Assembly (NCBI GenBank): GCA_043228905.1
Contig: JBHGNT010000018.1
Span: 13,268,001-13,332,000, forward strand
Reading direction: 5' to 3'
DNA length: 64,000 nt
DNA from: Azolla caroliniana
Lineage: Eukaryota; Plantae; Polypodiophyta
This document shows positions 48,460 to 63,131 of the stretch, one piece after another. How positions within the stretch are numbered: the first letter of the stretch is position 1; the number at the start of each line of letters is the position of its first letter. A program made the translations under genes and the position numbers. Under the pieces are notes generated by a model that saw nothing but the letters and a program-made list of their open reading frames with translations, was not told where the DNA came from and did no database searches.

Positions 48460-51400
48460 ATGGCTATAGTAGATAGCTTCTTGTGCTGCCTACGACACAA
48501 CAATGTATTCGACCTCCATTGTGGAGAGTGTCGTACAATCTTGCAGTTTTGATCTCCATGAAATTGATCCTCTTGCATATGTGAAGACATACCTTGATGT
48601 CCACTTCCGATTGTCGGTATTTTTGGTGTAATTGGAGCCTGTGAAGCCCTTGACTTTGGTCATATGATCCAATTTGAATGTCAATTGCATATTGTCGATT
48701 CCCTAAAGGTATCAAAATATGTGCTTGACTACTTCGATTAGACATGTAGCAGCTGATAGGTCTTACATCATATGCAAGGTAGGGTCGGATGGTTACCATC
48801 ACGTACATGAGACTTTTTACTATCCATGCGTAGGGGATTTTTCTCATCTACTCAGTCTCGACCTCTGTGGAGGGAGACTCTTTGTCTGATAGTCGGATCA
48901 ACGTCTAGAGTGCAGTCGATGTAGGTTTCCACTTGTCCATGTTGAACATCTTTAGCACCTTTCGTATGTACTTAGATTGGGAGAGTTGGAGAATCTTCTT
49001 CGATCTATCTCACTCTATGCTCATGCCCAAAATGTGTCGGGCTTCTCTGAGTTCCTTCATCGAGAAATTCTCGTGAAGTTTTCGCTTCAACTCCCCAATT
49101 TCAGGTCTGGTGCGTCCTACAATGAGCATGTCGTCCACATAAAGGATAAAATATATTCAGGACTCTTTGGATATTTCTCGTATGTACATGCATGGGTCGG
49201 AGTTGGATTGGCTATATCCAAGTTGTTAGATGTGGGAGTTGAATTTTTGATACCACATTCATGGTGCTTGCTTCAAGCTGTCTTTTCTTTAGTCAACATA
49301 CAAGGTGACCTTCCTCCCTTGTCGCCGTGAAGCCTTCCGGTTGAGACATATAAATGTCTTCCTCCAAAGAAAAAATATCGTCGTAGTCAACACCCTGTTC
49401 TTTCTTGACGCCTTTCGCGAAGAGCTGAGATTTATATTTTGGTTGACCTAAACCAGATACATATTTGTATCTATACACCCATTTGCATGGTAGCAGCTTT
49501 CTGCCAGCTAGTAATTCGATGAGCTCCCATGTGTGGTTTTGCTTAATCGAGTCCATTTCAGATATCATGGCTTGTCGGCATCTAGCAGGGCTATAGCTTC
49601 TTCGTATGAGCACAGTTTACATGTGTCCATATAATTGACATAGTCCAAGCCCAGTTGATAAAACTCTATTGGTTGTCGAACTCGTTCGAATCTCCTTGGT
49701 GCCGTATTAATTGGTTCAAACTCTTCGACCGCTGGGCTGGTTGGTCCGCATTTTTTGAACCCTTGATACCATGTGTGGGAGGAGATCTTGTGGGGGATCC
49801 GCGATTGCAATTTTCTTGCCTTGGTGTCGGTTCTTCCCTTACCTTGGGAGTGTTCAACTAGTTTATCAATGTCATGGACGGTTCAGTCGATTGGCACATT
49901 ACTCAGAGTTTTCTTGACGAGTGCTTGTTTGGCCCAGTTGGTTGACTCACTCGTTGGTTTGGAGTCGGGATTTGGTATTTCTTCCTTTTACTCGGTCGAA
50001 GAATAGTCAAAACAAGCTCTCTTTCTTGTTCGAGGTGGCCTTTGGATCGAGCTGATTGAGTCTTCATTGAAGACTATGTCAATACTTCGGATTAGATTCC
50101 TGTTCTCTGGGTGGTTCCATAGCCAATAACCAAATTTCCTGTCCATTTTGGTATTTGAGAAAGTTACCTTTTCTCGAATGGGGAGCAAGCTTCGTTTGGC
50201 TCTCCCTCGGTATATGTGCATATGCTTCGCACCCTAATGTGCCAAGTCGATCATAGTTCAACTGCTTACCTGACCATTCTGCATCAGGGTGTAGGGAATG
50301 GTTCGTTGATGTCTGATCCCTCTTTCAGATAGGTACTTGATGAAGGCTTTGGAGGTGTAATCTCCTCCATTTTCCAATCATACAGTCTTCACCTTGTAGT
50401 CTGATCGATTTTCGACTTTAGTCAACCACCAAGAGAAAGTTTTGAGCGCTTCGTCCTTAGACTTGAATAAGCCCATACTTTGCATGTACAGTCATCTAGG
50501 AGCGTGATGAAGTACTACGCCCCCTAGAGATCTTTTGAGTATCAGCCCACAGATGTCACTATGGATCAACTCAAGTGGCTTTTGTACCATCTTGTAGTAT
50601 GTGGAGTGAGGACTTCGGGTCTATTTCCCATATTGGCAATGCTCGCAAAAGTTGGCCTCGGCATGATTGAGCTTTGGAATGTAGCCAAGTGCCAAAAGCC
50701 TTTCGAGCCGAGTTTCTGACATATGGTGGATTCATCCATACCACAATGATGGTGTCGATATTTCCACTACATTACGTGAACCCTTCCGATTGATCATAGT
50801 GAGTGGGTACAAGTTATTATACCTCACACCATGGCCAATTTGTAAATTTCCTTTTGAAATTTTTGATGAAAACTCACACAGTGTCTTCTTGTACCCGTCT
50901 TTGGCCATCATGCCGAATAGTTCAAAAACCATTCTTTTTGGGGGAATCACATGAAAGGTGTTGCTTGAATCGAGCAACCACATTTGTGCATCTTGTGCAC
51001 TAAACAAGATTTCTCCAATGAACAAGCCTTCTAGTGAGAGGACTTCTCCTGACCAGGATTTAGCAACGTGTATCTAGTTTCCGATCGAAGGGTAATTTGA
51101 GTCGAAAGAGCATGTATTCTGCTTCAATTTTTGGCTTTTCCCCTTCCTCTTAGCAGACCAGTAGTTGGCAACTTTATGGCCAGCCTTTTTGGAATGTGTG
51201 CAATAGGCATTCGGCATCTTGATTCTTGACTTCGACCATTGTCTGTCATTCCTCCTCCTTGGCTGGTTGTTATCGCGACCAGTTCTCTTAGCCATTCCCC
51301 TAGAGAAATGAGCTTCCGCACTGTTCTCTAGCTTGAGTCCCATTGACTTCCTTCGAAGCTCTTTGAACAGAACCACTTTGGTCGCTTTGTCCAATGTCAG

Positions 51401-51804
51401 CTTGGTAGAATTGTTGGTGACTGTCTTACAAAGACTTCCCAACTCGTCAGGAGGCTTGAGAGAAGTGCAAGTTCCATGATTTCCTCTTCAAAATTCAGGC
51501 CTTGCGAGGAGACTTCGGTCAACACCTGATATGGGAGGATGCTAGCTCGGTTCCCCTGATTTTCATGTTGATCAGTTGACGAATCATGGTGAGTTTTGAC
51601 AAGCTCGACTTCTTTTCATGCACATATTGTAGCTTCTCCCATAGGGAGAATGACATCGTCTCTTTGGCCATGTTGAAGTAGACATTTCGTCCAAAAACAT
51701 TTTGATGGTCAATCTCACAATTTCATCAAGTGAGCGCCATTCTTCTGTTGCCATTGTTTTGCCGAATCTCCCCTATTTGAAATCTGATGATCAGCTCAAC
51801 ATAT
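48460..51804 (-). mobile_element. old, heavily decayed Ty1/copia internal region
   Basis: gag, WLLDSS protease, GCEAYAHIP, PCKWVYRYK, ISWRSKLQDCTTLSTMEVEY. Confidence 0.88.
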
Positions 51805-54662
51805 TGTCATGGACATGACACCAGTAATGTCATGATTCAAACTCTTGACCTAGTACATTTAATTGATATGTTTTATCCAATACATCCAATACATAATCGT
51901 GTTACCTTACTAGATTATTGTAGATTATCTATTCTACATGTAGGATTTTAGAAGCTTCCAGAAAGCTCCAGAAGCTAGAACATTCTAGAAGCTTGTGCAT
52001 GAAAATGAGTCTTTGCATGGGGCTACATTTAGATCCCATAAACATGTATAAATATAGGGGTTCACCTTGGCCTTAGTCAAGATGAACAAACTGTCATGGA
52101 CAAGTAGACGAGGCTCAATACTAAGAGAGTGAGAGAAAGAGAGTTTACCCAACAAGTTCGATGGCACAAGGGTGCGATTCCGGGGGTTCATAAATCACAT
52201 CAAGCTTATTATCCGGTTACAACCCCAAAGATATGCAAATGATTTTTGCTGATTTGTCCTCATTGGGACTCTCCGCTCAGGAGCTGCACAAAGCTAGTTC
52301 GCACCTTTGGTTGAAACATCATCGCCACTTCTCGACAATTTTTTTGCTTTCCTAGAAGAGTTCGAGGTGACATTTGGGGATACGGATCGGCATCGAACAA
52401 GCCTTACCAAACTCTATTCATTACATCAAGGTAAGCGTCCAATGTCTGTTTATGCATTTGAATTTAGACAATTGGCATGTGATGTTTAGTGGGACGACCA
52501 AGCCCTTTGCGACCATTTTCGTCGGGGCGATCGAAGTGATGTTAAGAATCTACTACTAAACTTCCCGCATCCGACTTGATTATTGCAAGCCATCAAGCAA
52601 GCAGTTAGTTGTGACAACCTCCTTTCTGAACTTTGACAAGAGGAACGAGCGACTTCCAAGTTGTCTCCCTTTCTCCACGTTAAGCCTATGGTACAACCCC
52701 GAGTGACTACAAGATCTTCTCCAACAACATTGTTCAATGATCCTATGCCAATGGAAATTGATTGAGCTCGAGCCCCACTCACCACAGCCGAACGACATCA
52801 TCGACGAACCAATGGGCTATGTCTATACTGCGACGCCTCTACCCATCTAATTCGTTTTTGCCCACTCAAAAGAAATCAGCGACAAGTCTATCGGGACAAT
52901 CCAACTAGTGGGTCCCAACATTTGGAAAACAACAATGTCCAACTACAATAGGATCCATGCAGTTGGACACCAGACATACATGTTGCTCCCAAAGTTCTAC
53001 TAATGACTTTTCCTCTGAGGTGACTCTCTGTTTCCAGTCTATTTCAATTCAATCCTTAGCGCTACTCGATTCCGGGGCCAAGACGTGTTTTATGAACGAA
53101 ACGTTCATTCATAAACACAACTTACCCATTGTCTAGTTGTCGAAGCCTATACCAGTAGAAGCTATCGATGGGCGAATGCTCTCCTCTGGCAAAGTCACGA
53201 AAGCCACGGTCCCCCTCATTTTGCAGCTCGGGACCCATCAGGAGGCCTTATCATTTTACCTCATCACTTCATCGCGGCATCCAATCATACTTGGGTTGTC
53301 TTGGTTGAAACCGAATAACCCTATTATAGATTGGCACAACCACTCATTTACTTTTCAACCGCAAACTCACATGGAGGTTGGAGCGGCTTCCAATGTCGTT
53401 GTGTCAAAATGGCCCGAATCATTTTCTGTCGAGCACTCCTCCATTCAACTCGAACCAATGCACTCGGATGCTCATGCCCTAGTCACAATGCACTCCATCT
53501 CAATGGGCAATGACTCAGATTCGAGTACCCCAACTTTGGTTCCTATGAAAGCCAATCTGGACTCGCTTCCATCCAAATATGGTGACTTTGCCGATGTGTT
53601 CGAGAAGAGAATGCAGATCACTTACCAGAGCATCGACCATATGATTCTCCAATCGATCTACAGGAGGGCACATCTCCATCCTTTGGGCCCATCTATGGTC
53701 TCTCTAAACCTGAACTAGAGGTTCTTCGCACATATCTCGATGAAAATTTGGAGAATGGCTTCATCTAACCGTCTAAGTCACATGTCCCCCATCTTGTTTG
53801 TCAAGAAAAAGGATGGATCGTTGTGTCTATGTGTGGATTACCGTGGCCTCAATAAAATCATGGTATGTAATCGATACCCTTTGCCTCTCATCCCAGAGCT
53901 CCTCGATCGCCTGTGTTGTGCACAATTCTTCTCCAAGATTGACTTGCGGGGATCGTACAACTTGGTTCGGATTGACTTGCGACGACATTTCGTACGCGAT
54001 ACGAACACTTCGAGTACAAGGTAATGCCTTTTGGACTCACCAATGCTCCAACTGTTTTTCAACATATGATGAACGACATATTTCGAGAATATCTCGATCA
54101 CTTTGTTGTTATCTACATTGATGCCATTCTTGTCTTCTTGTCGAGCATTGAAGAGCATACTCACCACGTTCGATTGATTCTCTCAAAACTCAGGGAGCAT
54201 GGCCTTTATGCCAAGAGAGAAAAAGGTGAGTTTGATTGCAATTCATAGAATTTCTTGGTTATGTTATCTCCTCCTAGGGCATCTCCATGGATCCAAGGAA
54301 AATCAAGACAATTCAAGAATGGGCCACTCCAAAACGAGTAAAATTTCTATCGGCGGTTTATCAAGGGGTTCTCCGTCATAGTCCAACCCTTGATTGAGCT
54401 TACTCATAAAGAGATGTCGTTTCAATGGACTTCATCTACTCAACATGCCTTTGACCTACTCAAGGAAGTTTTTACCCGGACTTCAGTCCTCCTTCACGTC
54501 GATCCTACTAAGCCTTTTCAAGTTGAAATAGATGCCTCTGACTTTGCCATTGGTGCCATCTTATCCAAACCCGATGACGATGGCATCCTATATTCGGTAC
54601 TCCCGAAAATTCACAGTTCCAAAAATCAACTATCCCATCTACGACAAGGAGCTCGCGGCTAT

Positions 54663-57600
54663 TGTTAAGAGTCTATTACTAATCAATAGAACAAAGTAAA
54701 GTAAAAGAAGGAAACTAGATTGGATAGAAGAACCTGTTCCACCCGACCACCCCTGAGCTATGATCTAGACATAGCCAACCTACCACCGACGTCCCATACC
54801 ACCGGATATTAGGATGAGTAATACCTTGGAAGAGATAAACACAATCATCCAGATGAAAGCTTAGCCCGCACCACTGGTGTCTAAGACAGCAACCTTCCGA
54901 CATAATGTGCTTATGAGGGTAGCTAAGCCTCATATTTATACCTTTTCCTAGGCCCCTTGAATAGATGTGCCTTTCTAAAAGGGTCTCCATTCATTGGTTG
55001 CCCAAATCATGATAGTGCATGCACCTATCATTCCTTCTATCCAATCACATTAGCCCGTTTTTTAACATTAGTGAACATACCCTTCACTAATGTAAATATT
55101 AGTAACCTACCCTCACCAACATTATGTGTACATAACATACTCCCCTACTTTAAAAGATTGCACTCTTGCAATATGAAGTAAGGAAATTGTGCCTTAAGAG
55201 TATGCTCATGTTCCCATGTGGCATCATCAATAGGTTTATCCATCCATTTGATCTTGAATAGCCAAATCTCTTTAGAACGTAAACGTTTAGTATGAGAATC
55301 AAGAATTCGTTCAAGAACATGAGGTTTGTAAGAAAAATCCTCTAATGTTACAAGATCTTGGATTGTGATGGTATTATCACTAGAGCCTAAAAATGGTTTT
55401 AGACGACGGACGTGAAAAACAAGATGAATACCAATGTTACGGGGTAAGGCAATGTGATAAGTAGATGACCCAACTCACTTAAGGATTTCAAATGGGCAAC
55501 AATGTTGTGGGGCTAACTTAGCGCACTTGCCCGTAGACAATGACGTAGAGTCAGTAGGGACACCCAAAAAAACTTTTTGACCAATAGTAAATACACAGGG
55601 ACGTCTCTCCTGATCATCATTAAATCAAGCACAATCTCGAGATGTCTTGAAATTTCCTTTGGCAATATGCAACATTTGGGTAATGTCTTGCAGAAAATTA
55701 TGTGTACTGTCTAATGTATCACGATGAATTGTGACATCGACTAGGCCACGTGGCTGAAAACCATACATCAACATAAAAGGACTATATCCAATGGATGTAT
55801 GTTTAGAGCTATTATAGGCAAATTCTAAGATAGGAAGGTATTGCTCCCACTTAGAAGGGGTTTTTGCTACATAATCTCAAAGCGTGTCCTCAATAATTTG
55901 ATTAACTCGTTCAGTTTATCCATTAGACTGAGGATGATCTGCAGAACTCATGCTCAACGTAGTTTCTAGTTTCTTAAAGACTTGAGCCCAAAAGTCACTA
56001 GTAAAATGGAATCTCGATCACTAACAATATCCATTAGTAATTCATAAAACCGAAATAACTCATCAACAAATTGATAAGCCAATTGTTGAGCGGTTACCGT
56101 GGTTTTGGTAGGAATAAACCTAGCCAATTTTGTTAGTCTGTCAACGACAACCCAAATGGCAAACTAACAATAAAATCCATCGAGGTATCTAAGGGATAAA
56201 ATCCATCGAGATACTTTCCCATTTGTTGTTGGGAATATCTAAGGGATGTAAAAGACCAACAACTTTAAGTTTTTCCGACTTATTAATCTGACATTGTAAG
56301 CATTGAGTTACGTATTTATGCACTTCAGAGCGCATCTTAGGCCAGAAAAAAGTACTCGAGATGAGAACTAGTGTGCGTTGTATTCTAGGATGACCCGCAG
56401 ATGGTGCATCATGACATTCATGAAGAATTTTCTGTTTTCTGTTTGGTAAATCTGGAACACGGACCTTTCCACTACGGTAGAGCAAACTGTTTGTAATATG
56501 AAAGGTCGCCTTCGAGGGTAGAGTGCTAGTAATGACATCTAAACCATATTCGGCTTTCATCCAATATTTTGAGAAATAACTGTTATCAAGGTATTTCCCT
56601 CAAAGGTGATTTAAAAGTTCAGATTTTATTTCCGTGAAGCTAAGCATGTTAACTTCTTTAATGCGACTAAGAGCATCTGCAACAATGTTCATAGAACCCT
56701 TGCGATACCATATGGAAAATCAAAATCTTGCATAAGGTCAGCCCAACGACCTTTACGACCAACAAGATCTAGCTGGTCACAAAAATACTTTAATGATTGA
56801 TGGTTTGTTGTAACCACAAATTTATTTCCATAGAGATAGTGCCTCCATGTTTTAAGTGCATGTATTACCGCAGAAAACTCTTTCTGTTGAACCGAATACC
56901 GAGATTGAGCAACATCAAGATTCTTACCTTCAAAAGCAATAGGGTGACCCCCTTGATAAAGAACGACACCAATATCATAATCACTAGCATCGGTTTCGAT
57001 TTAGAAAGGCTTAGAAGTGTCCGATAATAGAAGAGTGGGAGCTTGACACATATGCTCTTTGAGTGTCTCAAATGAGTTGTCAAGTTGTTCATTCCATGCA
57101 ATTGGTTTGACAGACTTACGTGGATGACCTTTTAAAAGGTTAGTTAATGGTGTAGTCAATTTGGAATAGTTACGAATTGATTTTCATAAAAATCCAACAA
57201 ACCCTAAGAATGATCGCAATTCACGAATATTACGAGCAATGGCCAAAATTTAACCATTTGAATACGAGAGGTTCAATTTGAACGTCATTTTCTGTAATTA
57301 AATGACCTAGGCAATGCGAATCTAATGATAACTTGTTCCTAAGTTAATTTTTGTAAAATATTGGGCCCCATGCAAATGATCAATCGAATCATTGGCACGA
57401 GGTAGCAAATATGCATTTGTAATTGTCATTTTATTGAAACGGCGATAATTGATACACATTTGCCATGAACTTTCCTTTTTCTTAACTAGTAGAACTAGCG
57501 CAGCCCAAGGTGATTTACTATACCTAATGTGAACACTTAAGTATTCCTTAAGTTGTTTAGCGATCTCATCCTCTTCTAATCGACTAAGTCGGCAAGGTGG

Positions 57601-60600
57601 AATGCTCACAGGAGCAGCACTGGGGATGAGTTCAATTTGATGGTCCACATATGTTTTGGTGGTAAAGTAAGCGGCAATTCGTTAGGAAATACGTCTTGAA
57701 AATCGTCTAAAATAGAGTCAATTAATCGTTGTTCATAATGTGGTAATTGTGTGGCATCAATATTAAAATAATAAAATTGAAGTGCATGATCAATTACGCA
57801 TGAATAAATTAATGAACTAGAATACTCACTTTAAGATTTAGAAGACACAAGTCAACGAGAAGGAAGTTTGGACATTGAATAAAATGTTTACAATTATTAA
57901 GTTCAAATGTGATTGAGTGATTAACCCAATCAATGGACAAAGAAGGGTTTTTATTAAAAAACCAAGGGTATCCTAAAATGACATCTGCAGATTGTAGTTT
58001 CATAACATGAAAGTCAAGCTTCTCCAAATAGGTATCTATTTGAATTGGCAGTTGACCAACAATGCCACTGATGTATTGAAGGCTTCCATTTGCCATTTGA
58101 ACTTGATAGATATGATCACTTGCGTTTATGTGGAGTTCCATTTGCTGCACAAAGTGATCATTAAGAAAATTGTGAGAACTATCGGAATAAAACAAGAAAT
58201 GTGCTTGTGTTCCATTGATATACCCGACTGCTCGGAGTAAAACATTAGGTCCAAGTAAATGTGAAGGAAAAGTGCATTCACATGAACTTAAGTAGTTGGT
58301 ATGAACTTCAACAACATCAAAAGACTCACCTGTGTGACTCGTAGATTTGTCTTGAGGAGGGGTGTTCATTGACTTCCTCTCAAGACGACAATAGGTATCC
58401 TTTGTGTGGCCCCGCTTCTTGCAATATGCACAAAAGAGGTTAGGTTTCTTGGAGTCGCGGTCAAGAGTGTCATTGGATTGCTTACGTTTCCCAATGAACT
58501 TGACATTCAAAGTTGTGGCGAACTCAGGTTTATTGTGGTCTTTCTTGGAAGTCCTATGGTACCGAAGTACAATGTTGATGGCTTCCTCAAAAGTTGTGGG
58601 GTCCTTGTGATGGACAATCCAATGGTAATCCCCATTAGGAATACCATTCAAAAAGCAAGCAACAAACCATTTCTCACTCGTAAGTCTCGATTTTTGGATT
58701 TTGGTCCGAGCATGATGCATATAATCCTCGAGAGGGGTAAATGGCTTACTCGACAACGTGAAGAAGTGTTGCGCTTGTTCAGTTTGAGAAGGTGGTTGCA
58801 AAAACTATTTCTTATAAACATCAATGAGACCTTCCCAAGTTGTGGGTAAGTTCTTGCCGTCCTTAGGCCGCGCCCCCAAGTAGCAGCTTGGCCACCTAAC
58901 TCACGACCGACATAACCAATTTTTTATAGCATCGGGCTTGGGGTGGAGCTCAAAGTGAGACTCCCGACAACCAAGTCAAGTGCTAATGGCCTCCTTGGTT
59001 CTTTCTTTCTTATCTCCCTTGAATGGCATTACTACGAAAGAAGGCTCACCTTCTTTCTTGGACTCAATAGTCAATTCTTGGAATTTCTTTTCCAATGCCA
59101 TATTGGCCTACCTCATTTCAGTCAATTGATTCAAGGTAGTAGTGAGCAATTGCTCAATAGTGATCTTAGCTTGTCTGCAAGATGCGGATTGGAGTTGAGA
59201 GGTCTCGGTTGGAGAGATTGCTCCAATAGTGTTCAAAACTTTTTCCATGATGCAAGTTGTGGTTATGCAATATAAATAAGGAGGTTTAGAAAATACACAA
59301 TCAAAATGAATGCTTGAAATTTTGATTGGAAGAACTTTACGAAGAAAACATCTCACGTCTTTACCCCTCGAGACATATGAGATGCGATTCGAGATGAGAT
59401 AACTATGGTAACACTATGGTGTTTTAAAAACCATGGGGGCAAACATAGCTAAGATGTCTTTCTCGGATCTCTATCTTGAGTAATCATGGTGGCTCCCTAA
59501 GGCTCAACCTTGGTTCTAACATCAATGTAGTTTCCTAGTTAGCCTTATATTAGAATGTCAACCCAACATGTATTGATATGGTCCAGAAAGTCTATTACGT
59601 GAAAAAACAAGTGCACTCGCAAGTAATATTCTAGTCTTGCAAGTAGCCAGCAATTGTTATGAAAAAAGAAAGAAAAAGAAGTCACTATCTATAAGAGTCA
59701 AGAAGTGACAAAAACAAGGTTAAAAAAACCATGTGTTGTCTACTAAAAAAAATATACCTCCAATAAATGGATGGTGCGAGGTATGCACATATCCATCCCA
59801 ATATGGCAATTGTAATGTGCACAATTGTGACATAAGCTACAAGTTGATACAAATGGTGGTGGTGTTGTGCGCAAAGATGTAGTACTCAAATTTATGAGTA
59901 AAACATTAATAGGGGAACTCATGTGGTTTTACTCCAGTTCTAAGGCTCGATAATATGAGTTAAACCTAGATGAGCCGTTGGAAAAAATCGTTCAAAAAAC
60001 GGCATGATGCCCACTCAATACGAAAAAATAGTCTACACGAATCGTTACACCATTAAATGTACATAAATAGTGTAGATAAACTTAAAATAAGAGCAAGAAA
60101 CAGAGTTAATTGTGGGTGGGTATTTAATAACAATTATGAGAATAATAATCAATTAGGTGTATGAACATTAAGCATGCCTTTAGGTATGAAACCCTAAGGT
60201 AGTCGACATGCACCTCCTCAAGACCACCACATCTCCCTAGAATTGGCCAAGTGATGGCTCAATAAAGAGTAAAGTGGCATAGGTAAGCGACATATACCTC
60301 GTTAAGGCCACAACATCCTATAGAACTGGCCAAGTGATGGCTCAATAAAGGGAAGAGTGGCATACTCAACATCATATGCAAAAGGGTCATGAGGTGAGCG
60401 TATGCGATTAGGGCAAACACGCTCGACCCGATGCACCATTGTTGTTAAAAAACGCGTACTTTATAGATAGAGTACGTTTTAGAATACCCACACGTATTCT
60501 AAACGTATTCAACCTTTCGGAACTGTCATTTTTTCTAAACCCAAATTTGTAAATAATTTAAAAATTAAATTTCTAGGATTTTTTCAGTAGAGAAAAAGAA

Positions 60601-61769
60601 AATAATTATGTAAATATTGAAACACTATTTATCCATGGGCGATAAAGATAATTGGTATTTACTATATAGTATTCAAATTCCAAGTATCTTTGCATTCAAC
60701 ATCAATGGTGTTCAAGTATTCGATATATTCAACGTATTCAACAACGTATTCAACGTATTCAACAACGTATTCAACGTATTCAAAACGTACTCAACGTATT
60801 CAACGTATTTTACCTTTAAATATTCTAAGAACTTATAAATTTTTTTTATAATACTTATAAAATACGTAGCATACGTATTGTACGCGTACGGTATGCTACG
60901 TATGTTACAACCATGCGATGCACAAGAATAATTATTATCATAAAAGATGGCTCAAGAGAGGGGAGCGTGGGAGATACATCGCAATATACGAAAGGGCCAT
61001 CAGTTGAGCGTGTGCGATTAGTGCAAACACGCTCGGCCCAATGCACAATAATAATTAAAATCATAGCATGGTAGAAAGTAGAAAGAAAGAAAATAAAACG
61101 TAATACAAATTTCATTCGACCAAGAAGAACGTATCATAGAAAAGGAGAGAGGGATCAAAAAAGAAGAATACCGGGTAAAGAATGTTGTTTTGATCCTGTG
61201 AAGAGCATGACGAGCCTTGTTAGATCCCCATCGCTCACACGCAAAAAACATCAAAACAACAAAACGAAATTGTTAGTAAAGGCTTTGATACCACTGTTAA
61301 GAGTCTATTACTAATCCATAGACCAAAGTAAAGTAAAAGAAGGAAAATAGATTGGATAGAAGAACCCGTTCCACCTGACCACCCCTGAGCTATGATCTAG
61401 ACATAGCCAACCTACCACTAACGTCCCATACCGCCGGATATTAGGATGACTAATACCTTTGGAGAGATAAACATGATCGTCGAGACAAAAGCCTTGCCCA
61501 CACCACCAGAGTCTAAGACAACAACCTTCCAACGTAATGTGCTTATGAGGGTAGCTAAGCCTCATATTTATACCTTTTCCTAGGCCCCTTGAATAGATGT
61601 GCCTTTCTAAAAGGGCCTCCATTCATTGGTTGCCCAAATCATGATAGTGCATGCATCAATCATTCCTTTTGTTCAATCACATTAGCCCCTTTTTTAACAT
61701 TAGTGAACATACCCTTCACTAATGTATATATTAGTGACCTACCCTGACCAACGTTCTATGTACACAACA
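54663..61769 (-). mobile_element. full-length degenerate iMet-primed chromovirus; LTRs 54663-55137 and 61295-61769
   Basis: TSD GCTAT/ACTAT; PBS TGGTATCAAAGC 61282-61293; PPT; gag-pol from about 59250 to 55145 colinear with 23673-27405. Confidence 0.95.
60437..60915. mobile_element. hAT-type MITE (479 bp)
   Basis: 8-bp TSD CGATGCAC (60429-60436 and 60916-60923); TIRs CATTGTTGT/ACAACCATG; internal AACGTATTC repeats. Confidence 0.88.
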
Positions 61770-63131
61770 ACTATAGTGGCAACTTTCATGAAGTGGAGAC
61801 CTTACTTGGCTGGGGCACAACATCGGGTTCAAATATTAATAGATCATAAAAATTTATTGTATTTCTCAACAACCCGTACTTTGAATCGTCGGCATGCCCG
61901 TTGGTCAACTTTCTTTGCCGACTATGACTTTGAAATTGTCTTTTGGCGAGGGCACAAAACAGGAATGCTAATGCTCTTTCACGACGGTCGGATTTTTAGT
62001 TGAGCTCAAGGGATGATGCCTATGCTCAACAATCTCAATGTGTGCTTAAACTAGATCAATTACAACTCTTCGCCACATGCATGCTCCATGACGACTCTTT
62101 GCTTGAGGAGATAGCCAAAGCACTTCCCACCGACAAATTTGCCAACGCAATTTAGGAAGGTCTTATTGATCCGTCTAAATCCAAGAGCAAGGAAGACCTG
62201 AACCGCTTCAGATTCGAGGGGGGGTTGCATTACCGAGATCAACTCTTATATGTTTCGGAGGGCTGATGTCGAATTCAAGTTCTCCAAAAGTGTCATTATG
62301 ACCTCTTGGCTAGTCATTTTGGCGTTACAAAGACACTCGAATTAATCTCACGAGGATATTGGTGGCCTCAACCATGGAAATTCGTCAAGGAATTCATCAA
62401 GACATGTCATAGTTGTGCTAGATCCAAAGTCGTCCACCATAGGCCATATGAGTTGCTCCGACCACTTCCCATTCCCAACTGGCCTTGGGCATCAATTTCC
62501 ATGGATTTCATCACTGACTTGCTTCTTGTCCACAAATATGACACAATGCTCGTCATGGTAGATCGGTTTACAAAAATGGCTCATTTTGCCCCTTGTGCAA
62601 AGACTATTTCTGTAGAAGCAACAACTGATCTATTTTTAAAGAATGTGGTGCGGCTTCATGGGGTCCAAGATGATGTCACCTCAGATCGCAGACCCCAATT
62701 TGTTTCTTGTTTTTGTGTGGCTCCTTCAAACATTGGGCACAACAGTGAATTTATCTTCGTCCCATCATCCTCAAACCGATGGCCAAATGGAGCGGGTGAA
62801 CCAAATTCTTGAGCAATACCTTCGATGCTCGCTTAGCTACCAGGAAGATGATTGGGTTGACCTCCTACGCTTGGTAGAGTTCACATATAATAATATGCTA
62901 CATGGTTCAACTGGGGTCACCCCATTTTTCGCCAACTATGGTTTCCATCCTTGCTTCAGTATTTCCATCCCTAGCAACTCTGTCAACCCGTCAGCGGAAG
63001 GACGTGCTTGTATTTTAGCCGACATTCATCAAGACCTCTCCCTCAAACTCATCCTTGCAAGGGACCGGTATAAAGCGCAAGCTGATTGACCTCATTCTAC
63101 TACACCCGCCTTTGCAGTTGGTGATCAAGTT

